A stretch of DNA of 14,641 nt from a bacterium. Lineage in GTDB: Bacteria; Electryoneota; Electryoneia; Electryoneales; Electryoneaceae. Numbering within the stretch: the first letter of the stretch is position 1; every line of letters begins with the position of its first letter. The notes beneath the pieces are model-generated. The model was given only the letters and a program-made list of their open reading frames with translations. It was not told where the DNA came from and ran no database searches. The stretch lies in the NCBI GenBank assembly GCA_043801585.1, contig JAZDLX010000127.1, positions 1 to 14,641 of the forward strand, given 5' to 3'. The translations under genes were made by a program, and so were the position numbers. Below, in pieces: positions 6,934 through 14,641 of the stretch.

Positions 6934-8046
6934 TTAACCGTTCTTGCTCAGCCAGCGGTCAATACGGTGCAGTCCCTGAACCACCGCCTCCGTGCCGGCT
7001 GTCCACGAGATACGGATGTGGGCGGGCGACCCAAAGAAAGAGCCCGAAACGACGATAACGCCTTCCTCCTCGTACAACTGTCTCATCAGGGTGTCTCCGT
7101 TGATTCCGTCAATCCGCCAGGCGGCGAATCCACCACCCTCCGGCATCACTGACCGGATCCGTTTCCCGGTCGCCCGTTTCGCAAGAAACCTGTTGATATG
7201 GGTTCGTGCTTCGTCAATGAGGGCGAGAGCCCGCTCGCGGATTCCGCCGATCAGATCCTCACGGGTGATGATCTGATGCGCGAGCCATTCCATTGGAAAC
7301 GGATTGATCACACCCAGGTGATCGTAGGCACGGTACGCCGCACGGATGACGTCATGAGCCGCGATCGCCCATCCGGCGCGAAGGTCGCCGAATCCCCACA
7401 CTTTTGTCAGGCTGCTGGTGATGTACAGGTTGGGCGCTTTCATCGCGCAGGTCCGCCCGGCCTGGTTGACTCTCCCTTCCCGGTACACTTCGTCGACGAG
7501 CACGAACCTTTCCTTGCCAGCACCATTGGCGAGTCGCTGCAGGTCCGCATCGGAAGTGAATGCGCCTGTGGGATTGTGCGGATTGGAGAGAACGATTCCG
7601 CAAGCGCCGGTAGCGTAAGCGAGACTGACCATCTCCTCGATGTTCAGTTTCCAGCGGTCTTCTTCTCGCCGTTCGAAGGGAACGATACGTGCGCCGAGAG
7701 CCCTCGCCGGATAGCTGATGCACTCGTAGACCGGCGTTTCCACGAGCAGAACATCCCCCGGGTTCACCTGCACGGCCATGACCAGGAAGTTGGCCATCGA
7801 AGTGCCCTGGGCGATGAGCACGTTTTCCTGATGAACCCCGTACCGTTCCGCCAGGGCTTCGCGCAGAGGGGGATACCCGTAGGAGTGGGAGCCGGAGAGC
7901 GGCATGTCTCCAGCGTCGACGCCGAGATCGGCCAAGGTGGATACGAGGGGGGGCATCCCGGAGCTGGCAAGGTTCAGATGGTCTGGATTGACATAATCCG
8001 CACCGACCTTCGCCCACTCCATGTAGGGAATCGTATCGAATCGCAT
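6934..8046 (-). CDS. PLP-dependent aminotransferase, class I/II (fold type I)
   Basis: GYPPLREALA, SNPHNPTG, LVDEVY, PLP-lysine motif SSLTKVWGFGDLRAGW and C-terminal HIRIS. AAGGAG 7 nt before the ATG. Confidence 0.93.
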   Translation of the reverse strand: MRFDTIPYMEWAKVGADYVNPDHLNLASSGMPPLVSTLADLGVDAGDMPLSGSHSYGYPPLREALAERYGVHQENVLIAQGTSMANFLVMAVQVNPGDVLLVETPVYECISYPARALGARIVPFERREEDRWKLNIEEMVSLAYATGACGIVLSNPHNPTGAFTSDADLQRLANGAGKERFVLVDEVYREGRVNQAGRTCAMKAPNLYITSSLTKVWGFGDLRAGWAIAAHDVIRAAYRAYDHLGVINPFPMEWLAHQIITREDLIGGIRERALALIDEARTHINRFLAKRATGKRIRSVMPEGGGFAAWRIDGINGDTLMRQLYEEEGVIVVSGSFFGSPAHIRISWTAGTEAVVQGLHRIDRWLSKNG

Positions 8047-8076
8047 TCAGTTACTCCTTGCAACGGGTAGATGTGC

Positions 8077-11000
8077 TTAGAAAGAAGGTCCTGAGATTCC
8101 GCGGCGCTGTTCAAGTTTGACATCGCTGAGCTGTGGGGTTTTGATGCCGATGCGCAGGAAGAACCCCTGTCCGATACCGGTCGGAGACCAGGTGAAGGTG
8201 CCGGACCAGCAGTGCAGGTCACGGCCCACGCTCAACGTGCCGACGGAAACCTGCCGTGTCATCAGATCGACTCCCGTCGAATAATTAAATGTCCAATTGC
8301 GTGTCAGTTTCAGAGAAAAACTTCCGCGTAGGAAGATGGTTTCATTTTCGTTGAGAGGATTCGTTCTGCTAAGCTGGTAGGTCAGCGATCCGCGAATCTG
8401 AAGGGTGCCGCCTTTGCTTACACTTTGCAGAACTTGATCGGGGCTCGAGAAACGGGTATCGAACTCATTGCGAATGTCTTCGAGCAGTTGCTGATCCTGG
8501 TCAACGGTGTCCTCGGGGGCGCTTTCCACGATGATTCTCGTTTTTCGTGTGACAAACGGATTCTGGACATCCAGCGAGAATGACGCACTGGACGAGAGGT
8601 TGGTGAGCCGGAGAAACTCGCCCGCGTTGCCGCCTGGACGGTCCCAGTAATAGGTGCTGGAGATACGGTTGTGCGCGTAATCGAACGCGTAGAAACTGTG
8701 AGTCGTGCTGACATCGATGGAAAGGCTCTTCAAGGGGCCGATTTTACTGTTTCCACCGATCGGGTTCGCGCGGAAACTGGACCGCAAATCGGAGAAATTC
8801 ATGCTGTCCGCTGCGAAATTGTAACTGCTGCTCATGTTGATCTTGAACAGGTCGAGCTTTTTTTCCTGCTCCTTCCCCTGTGCGTCCACGGTCAGGGTTT
8901 TCATCTGAAAAAGGTTGTCCAGGCTGAAATTCGCTGCCATCTGTTTGCCGGAGGGAGTGTTGCCGGCGATTCTGTTCGTGTACAGGTCAAAATCTCTATC
9001 ATAGGTTTTGTGGGTAAAGTCTGTGGTGTCAAAATAGACTTTGCTCAGGTGTTGATAGTATCCCCAGGAGGGGTCGGAGAAATCGGGACGGTAGGAAAAG
9101 CCGACACTCGGCGTCAGCACATGGCGCAACATCTCGACGCCCCATTTCTGAACCGGGAACATGCCGTACAATTTCGTCGAGACGTTCACTCCCGTACCGT
9201 AGGAGAATCTCCTGTAGAATCCCCGCTCCTCCGTTTTTGTAACCGTGCCGTAATGATCGATGTCGGTATTGTAACGGCGAAACAGCCAGTCCTCCTTGTA
9301 GGAGAGGGACGGGCTGACCGTGATGTAGTTGAAAACACGCTGCGGGGCACTGAAACTCAGATTGTTCGTGATCGCCTGGTCGAAATTTCGCACCAGTGAG
9401 GTGTCCAGATTGTTGCGGTCGACAAGTTGTTCATCCTGCTTGTAACTGCCGTTTACCCGGTAACTGTAGGTGATTGTGTTGTACCACCGTTCGTTGTCCT
9501 TCGGGCGCTCCTGCCCGGGCTCCACCCGCGGCTGGGGGGGCTGGTAGATGAGTGTCTTGTCCGATGACCGTCTCTTCTCCGCCGTGGGGAAAAGCTGTTT
9601 GGAACCGAATCCCAGGTTGAAGCTGGGCAGCGTCATCGAATTTTCTCCCGTCCTCAGGTTTCTGCTTTGGTTCAGGTTGAGCGAGAGGCTTGCGCCCGAG
9701 TAGGGCCAGCGATGGGTGAAGGTGGCATTCGAGGTGATCTGCTGTTTCAATTGTTGATCGGCGGTTTGCGATTGCGTTTTATAGAAGTCGTTGTCCGAGA
9801 CAAACGTGCCGTCCACATTCAGCGACGTATTCTCGTCAACGGTTTGCCGGTGGCGGGTGCGCAGATCCCAGTACACCTTGTTGTTGTGCTCGTTCTTGTA
9901 GGAGGCGGAGGTGCCGCCGGCGAAGGCGTAGCGCTTGTTGTACACGAGGTCGCTGCGCAGACGGAATCCGCTCTCCTCGAAATAGTCAACCACCCCCTTG
10001 ATATCCCAATAGTCGGATGCCTCCCAGTAGTACCCGAGGTTTTCGAATCGCCTGCCCCGGTTCGAATCGTCACCGTAGGTGGGGATCAGGATGCCGCTGT
10101 GCCGGCCCGACTTGATCGAGAAGACCGCGAAGGGCAACGCCGCCACCGGCACATCGCCGAACCGCAGCACGATCGGTTTGCCGACGACCTTGTCCCCGCG
10201 AATCATTTTCATTTCGCTGCCGGTAAACTTGTAATGGGGCTCCGGCGCATCGCAGGAGGTGTAGACTCCACCCTGAACGAAGAATACGTCATCGGAGACC
10301 TTCTGGATGCGGTCCCCACGATAGAAACCGTCTCCATATTGTGTCATACCGCCCTCAACATACCCGGCACGATTCTTCATGTTGACCCGCATCAGCATGC
10401 CGCTCATATTCTGATTGTGCTGAACGAAGGTCGGGAGGCCGATGGTGGAAATTGAATCGATTTCGGAATGAGTGCTGTCGGTCCAGAGGGTGTCAAGCAG
10501 GGGGATCGCCGTCATCAGATCGTCTTCCCAGTCCACCAGGATTTCGTTAGCGGTCAACGTCATGTCCTTGTAGACGATCTTGGCGTTTCCCCGGATGATG
10601 CTGATGCGGCGCTGCACATCGAAATAGAGCTCCTTGCCTCCGTACACAATGGAAGTGTCGAGATCGCCGCTTTCCTCCTCCGTGCTGTCCGGCGCCGGCG
10701 GCGCTGGTTTTTCGAGCAGTGCACTACGCACGCTGTCGAGCGACATCGGCAAGCCCATGCCCTCGGAAAGTCGGCGGAGGGAATCGGGATGAAGAGTATC
10801 CGGCGCAGCGAATCGCTTTTCATGCACGTTTGCAGCGAGGGAGTCGGTGGACATGCCGTGGGAGAACGGAGAGGCTATCAATCCTCCGGCGCCGGCGAGG
10901 ATCTGACCGCCGGAGGCGCCCGTAACCGATTGCAGTGAATCCGGAGTGGGAATCGCGGGAGCAGCAGCCTGGGTATCTCTGGGAGCGGTCGATGCGCACC

Positions 11001-11082
11001 CCGCCACGACTGTTGCGGCGACAACCGTAATGAACCACACGAGGAGAGCGCGACGCAGGCGCAATGTGGGCAACCCTGGCAT
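8077..11082 (-). CDS. lptD: LPS-assembly outer-membrane protein LptD, Bacteroidota/FCB type (1001 aa)
   Basis: OstA-like jellyroll (GNAKIVYKDMTLTANEI), YTSCDAPEPHY, SGILIPTYG, LGYYW, and C-terminal RDLHCW...F.W.P...FFLRIGIK...LSDVK. ATG 11082 overlaps the rarA stop codon (TGATG); GTG 11085 is an alternative start. Confidence 0.88.
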   Translation of the reverse strand: MPGLPTLRLRRALLVWFITVVAATVVAGCASTAPRDTQAAAPAIPTPDSLQSVTGASGGQILAGAGGLIASPFSHGMSTDSLAANVHEKRFAAPDTLHPDSLRRLSEGMGLPMSLDSVRSALLEKPAPPAPDSTEEESGDLDTSIVYGGKELYFDVQRRISIIRGNAKIVYKDMTLTANEILVDWEDDLMTAIPLLDTLWTDSTHSEIDSISTIGLPTFVQHNQNMSGMLMRVNMKNRAGYVEGGMTQYGDGFYRGDRIQKVSDDVFFVQGGVYTSCDAPEPHYKFTGSEMKMIRGDKVVGKPIVLRFGDVPVAALPFAVFSIKSGRHSGILIPTYGDDSNRGRRFENLGYYWEASDYWDIKGVVDYFEESGFRLRSDLVYNKRYAFAGGTSASYKNEHNNKVYWDLRTRHRQTVDENTSLNVDGTFVSDNDFYKTQSQTADQQLKQQITSNATFTHRWPYSGASLSLNLNQSRNLRTGENSMTLPSFNLGFGSKQLFPTAEKRRSSDKTLIYQPPQPRVEPGQERPKDNERWYNTITYSYRVNGSYKQDEQLVDRNNLDTSLVRNFDQAITNNLSFSAPQRVFNYITVSPSLSYKEDWLFRRYNTDIDHYGTVTKTEERGFYRRFSYGTGVNVSTKLYGMFPVQKWGVEMLRHVLTPSVGFSYRPDFSDPSWGYYQHLSKVYFDTTDFTHKTYDRDFDLYTNRIAGNTPSGKQMAANFSLDNLFQMKTLTVDAQGKEQEKKLDLFKINMSSSYNFAADSMNFSDLRSSFRANPIGGNSKIGPLKSLSIDVSTTHSFYAFDYAHNRISSTYYWDRPGGNAGEFLRLTNLSSSASFSLDVQNPFVTRKTRIIVESAPEDTVDQDQQLLEDIRNEFDTRFSSPDQVLQSVSKGGTLQIRGSLTYQLSRTNPLNENETIFLRGSFSLKLTRNWTFNYSTGVDLMTRQVSVGTLSVGRDLHCWSGTFTWSPTGIGQGFFLRIGIKTPQLSDVKLEQRRGISGPSF

Positions 11083-12491
11083 CACGACTCGTTTTCTCCA
11101 CTGGAGCCGCCGGTCTTTCCCTTGGTTCGCTGGAGCTGCTCCCGGCCTTTGTGGATCTGCTCAAGCCTCTGCGCGATCTGAGCTTCGCTTCCAATCATCC
11201 TGGGTTGGTAGAACCGGCGCCCGGCGAGGGATTCGGGGAGATTCTCCATCGAGGTGATCTGGTCCTCGTGGTTGTGGGCGTATTCGTACCCTTCGTGGTA
11301 ACCCTGTGCTTTCATCAGTCCGGTGACGGCGTTGCGCAGGTGCAGCGGAACGGGAGGTTGGTTTCCACGCGAAACCTCTTCCAAGGCTTCCTCGATGGCG
11401 CGGTAGGAGGCGTTGGATTTCGGGGATGCCGCCAGGTATGTGGTCACCTGAGAAAGCAGGATGCGACCTTCGGGCATGCCCACTTTGTGCACGGCCTCGA
11501 ACGCCGCCTCGGCGAGCAGCAGGCCGTTGGGGTTGGCATTTCCGATGTCCTCACTGGCGAGGATGATCAGGCGGCGGGCGATGAAAAGTGGATCCTCGCC
11601 CGCATCGATCATTCGCGCCAGCCAGTACACAGCGGCGTCGGGATCGGAATCCCGCACGCATTTGATGAACGCGCTGATCGTGTCGTAATGCCGGTCGCCG
11701 GTTTTATCGTAACGGCTCAGAGCCTGCTGAGCGACCTGTTCGATCAGCTGGAGGGAAACGGAATGCACCTTATCGTGCTGAGCCTGTTCCACCGCACGTT
11801 CGATCAGGTTCATCAATTCACGCGCATCTCCCAGCGCCAGCCCGAGCAGGGCTTCACGCGCTTCCTCGCTGAATGTCACATCGGCTTCGCGGAGAACGTC
11901 ATCTTTTACAAGCGCCCGATCCAGCAACCCGGAGAGCTCTTCGTTGGTCAGGGGATGGAAACGGTAGACCCTGCACCGGGAGAGCAGGGGACTGATCACC
12001 TCGAATGACGGGTTCTCCGTTGTCGCCCCGATAAGGGTCACCGTGCCTTCCTCGACGGCGTGGAGCAGGGCGTCCTGTTGAGCCTTGTTGAATCGGTGGA
12101 TTTCGTCGATGAAGAGAACGGTTTGCCGGTTGCGTTGACGTTGAAGGGAGGCCTGTTCGATCATGTTCCTGACATCCTTGACGCCGCTGGTCACCGCGGA
12201 GATCGACTCGAAACGTGCGTTGATCCGGTCGGCAATCAGTCGTGCCAGGGTTGTCTTGCCGGAGCCGGGATCCCCCCAGAATAGCATCGAGTGAAGCTTG
12301 CCCGTGTCGAGCAGTGGGCGCAACGCTCCCTTTGGTCCGACAAGATGGAGCTGCCCGGCGAATTCATCGATCGTTGCCGGGCGCATGCGTTCGGCCAACG
12401 GACGGTGGGCGTCGGGTACGGAGCTCTCGCTTCCGGGAAAGAGAGAGTCGTTTCCCCGGGAGCGGGATTGGTTTTCCTGGCTGTCTTTCAT
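11082..12491 (-). CDS. rarA: Replication-associated recombination protein A (RarA/MgsA AAA+ ATPase)
   Basis: PLAERMRP, Walker A GDPGSGKTT, Walker B FIDEIHRFNKAQQD, GATTENPSF, HYDTISAFIK, ASEDIGNA, PKSNASY, VPLHLRNA. Confidence 0.97.
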   Translation of the reverse strand: MKDSQENQSRSRGNDSLFPGSESSVPDAHRPLAERMRPATIDEFAGQLHLVGPKGALRPLLDTGKLHSMLFWGDPGSGKTTLARLIADRINARFESISAVTSGVKDVRNMIEQASLQRQRNRQTVLFIDEIHRFNKAQQDALLHAVEEGTVTLIGATTENPSFEVISPLLSRCRVYRFHPLTNEELSGLLDRALVKDDVLREADVTFSEEAREALLGLALGDARELMNLIERAVEQAQHDKVHSVSLQLIEQVAQQALSRYDKTGDRHYDTISAFIKCVRDSDPDAAVYWLARMIDAGEDPLFIARRLIILASEDIGNANPNGLLLAEAAFEAVHKVGMPEGRILLSQVTTYLAASPKSNASYRAIEEALEEVSRGNQPPVPLHLRNAVTGLMKAQGYHEGYEYAHNHEDQITSMENLPESLAGRRFYQPRMIGSEAQIAQRLEQIHKGREQLQRTKGKTGGSSGENES

Positions 12492-12625
12492 CTTCGCACC
12501 AAAGGTAGCCGCCGGGTTGCCGAGCGGGCAAGCTCGACGGGGGCATCAGGCCCCGCTTTCGATTCCTGAATCCCCATTTCCCAACAGCCTTTGCCACCTG
12601 CAACACCGGATACGCCTCTTTGCCC

Positions 12626-12654
12626 TTGCCGAAACGTATGAGTCGGAGTATGTT
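12626..12654 (+). promoter_or_regulatory. Candidate sigma70 promoter for DUF3467-pyk
   Basis: TTGCCG-N17-TATGTT in the divergent gap, 61 nt upstream of ATG 12716. Confidence 0.45.
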
Positions 12655-12715
12655 TGCACGAACCATCGAGAAAGCGTGCCCGCCATGTACGCTTTGTCAT
12701 TCATCAGGAGGAACC

Positions 12716-13024
12716 ATGCCGGACGCCAAGCCAAACCCGTCACAGGGCAATCTTCAAGTTCACCTGGACGATACCGTAGCCGAAGGACATTACGCGAATC
12801 TGGTCCTGATCACCCATTCACCGGTGGAATTCGTGCTCGATTTCGCTCGAGTCGTTCCCGGTTCGCCTAAAGCGAAGGTTCAGACACGTGTGATCCTGGC
12901 TGCTGCGCACGCCAAGAGTCTGCTGCGGGCGCTCGAAGAGAACATCAAGAAATATGAGTCGAATTACGGTGAAATCAAGCATCCCGGCAGCAGTGGATCG
13001 AACAAATTCGGCTTTCAGGACTGA
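12716..13024 (+). CDS. DUF3467 family protein (102 aa)
   Basis: Start reassigned to ATG 12716, with AGGAGG at 12706-12711. Sequence VAEGHYANLVLITHSPVEFVLDFARVVPG...RVIL...HAK.LL.AL.ENI.KYE..YGEI is characteristic of the family. Confidence 0.88.
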   Translation: MPDAKPNPSQGNLQVHLDDTVAEGHYANLVLITHSPVEFVLDFARVVPGSPKAKVQTRVILAAAHAKSLLRALEENIKKYESNYGEIKHPGSSGSNKFGFQD

Positions 13025-13035
13025 GCCTCGTCCTT

Positions 13036-13054
13036 ACAGGTAAGACCTGTTTTT
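13036..13054 (+). terminator. Possible weak terminator between DUF3467 and pyk
   Basis: ACAGGT-aag-ACCTGT followed by TTTT; flanking CCTCG (13026-13030) and CGAGG (13057-13061) could extend the stem. Confidence 0.3.
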
Positions 13055-13084
13055 CCCGAGGAAGTTTCCGCTCCTGGAGGGGGC

Positions 13085-14542
13085 ATGTCCATTTCGTATG
13101 AAGATCGCATCCGTTACTGGTCGGGACGCAAGCCTCACCTGACACGGATTGTTGCCACGGTCGGGCCTGCGTCCGAATCGGAGGCGATGCTCGCCTCCCT
13201 GGTGGACGCCGGGGTGGACGTGTTTCGGCTCAATTTTTCCCACGGCACCCACGATGAGCACCAGCAGCGGTACGATCACATCCGTCGCATCACCGAGGAA
13301 AAAGGCGCCTTCGTCAGCATTCTCCAGGATATCTCGGGTCCCAAGTTGCGCATCGGAGAGTTTGAAAACGGACGGATCGAGCTTCACCGCGGTGGAGCCT
13401 TCCGTATTTCAACCGACTGGGAGTCGGGTAACGAAGGTGGGGTCGGGGTCGTCGACGAGGGGTGGCTTCAGTCGGTGAGCTCCGGTGACCGGGTGATGCT
13501 CGGAGATGGAATGGTGCAGCTGCGGGTCACATCACGCGATCGCCGAGGTCTCGACTGCGAGGTAATCGCCGGAGGGGATGTTACCAGCAGGCAGGGGATC
13601 AACTTCCCCGACAGTGAACTGGAACTGGGCGCAATCACAGAAAAAGACTGGCGTGATATCGAATTCGGACTCTCGCTCGGTGTCGACGCGATCGCGATTT
13701 CGTTCGTTCAGGGACCGGACGACCTGATCGCGGTCCGGTCGTTCGTGCAACGGTCCAACCATCGACCGCTGCTGATCGCCAAGATCGAACGTCCCCAGGC
13801 CGTCCGAAACCTGCAGGGCATCCTCGAACGTTCCGATGGGATCATGGTTGCCCGTGGAGACTTGGGGATCACCCTGCCCATCGAACGGGTTCCGGTGATC
13901 CAGAAGGAACTGATCCGCAGGGCGCGTGAGGCGGGGAAAGTGGTGATCACCGCCACACAGATGCTCGAATCGATGATCCATTCGGTACGGCCCACACGCG
14001 CCGAGGCGACCGATGTCGCCAACGCCGTGTACGACGGCACCGATGCGGTGATGCTCTCCGGAGAAACAGCCGTCGGCGACAATCCCGTCAATGTCGTTGA
14101 AATGATGGCAAGAATCCTCCGGGAAACCGAACCCAACGTTCAGCTTCCACGTCTCGATTCAAACGATCCCAGCATTGACGAGTCCATGGCGCGTGCGGTA
14201 AAAGATCTCGTCGGTGAGCTGAAGCCGAGTGCGATCATTGTTCCCCACAGCGCCGGAACGACGGCGATGCGCCTCTCCCGTCAGCGCCTCGGGGTGCCCA
14301 TCCTGGTGGGAAATGCCGATGCAGCCCTGGCGCGCCGGATTCAGATGTATTCCGGGATGTTTCTTTTCACCGTTGCGGAGGACGGCACCTTTTTCGAGAA
14401 CCTGAAAATGCTGTTGAATGTGGCGCAGCAGGTCGGATGGGTCCGGGAGGGGGATCGGGTGCTCGTTTCGGGCGGTTTTCCGATGGAACAACGCGGCGTG
14501 ACCAACTTCATCCGCGCTCACACGGTCGGCGATCCGGTCTGA
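13085..14542 (+). CDS. pyk: Pyruvate kinase
   Basis: IVATVGPAS, RLNFSHG, AKIE, DGIMVARGDLG, ATQMLESM, PTRAEATDVANAVYDGTDAVMLSGETA. GGAGG upstream. Confidence 0.98.
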   Translation: MSISYEDRIRYWSGRKPHLTRIVATVGPASESEAMLASLVDAGVDVFRLNFSHGTHDEHQQRYDHIRRITEEKGAFVSILQDISGPKLRIGEFENGRIELHRGGAFRISTDWESGNEGGVGVVDEGWLQSVSSGDRVMLGDGMVQLRVTSRDRRGLDCEVIAGGDVTSRQGINFPDSELELGAITEKDWRDIEFGLSLGVDAIAISFVQGPDDLIAVRSFVQRSNHRPLLIAKIERPQAVRNLQGILERSDGIMVARGDLGITLPIERVPVIQKELIRRAREAGKVVITATQMLESMIHSVRPTRAEATDVANAVYDGTDAVMLSGETAVGDNPVNVVEMMARILRETEPNVQLPRLDSNDPSIDESMARAVKDLVGELKPSAIIVPHSAGTTAMRLSRQRLGVPILVGNADAALARRIQMYSGMFLFTVAEDGTFFENLKMLLNVAQQVGWVREGDRVLVSGGFPMEQRGVTNFIRAHTVGDPV

Positions 14543-14641
14543 TACGGACCCCATGCACTCAGTTTTCGGCGTTCGTTTGATCGAGCAGTAGCAAGGTAGC
14601 ATATCAAAATTAAGCTGTTTATAATTAAATAATAAACATAA

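Noticed and set aside
7198..12008. Long + strand ORFs (7198-8070, 8671-9399, 9667-10455, 11064-12008)
   Set aside because: Antisense shadows of the aminotransferase, lptD and rarA, with no motifs.

Overview
GC-rich bacterial chromosomal segment made mostly of housekeeping and envelope genes, with 10 CDS. Left to right: a MacB/FtsX-type ABC permease (- strand, runs off the left edge and is missing from the ORF track), a secreted DUF4097-like protein (-), then vanZ-like, ssb and an S9 peptidase with a probable lipoprotein signal (+). A 422-bp gap between converging genes follows, packed with a terminator and several unrelated palindromic repeats. After it come a probable operon rarA-lptD-PLP aminotransferase (-) and, divergently, DUF3467-pyk (+). 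The last ~40 bp are abruptly AT-rich. The Bacteroidota-type LptD, DUF3467 and permease, together with strong Shine-Dalgarno sites, suggest a non-Bacteroidota FCB-group lineage (inference). No CRISPR array, transposase, integrase, tRNA or rRNA was seen. I cannot support a wholly new system here. The best leads are an LptD with a lipobox and a long tether rich in D-S/T-hydrophobic motifs, the repeat-rich gap at 6512-6933 (possible REP cluster or structured RNA), and an ECF-type promoter upstream of the DUF4097 gene.
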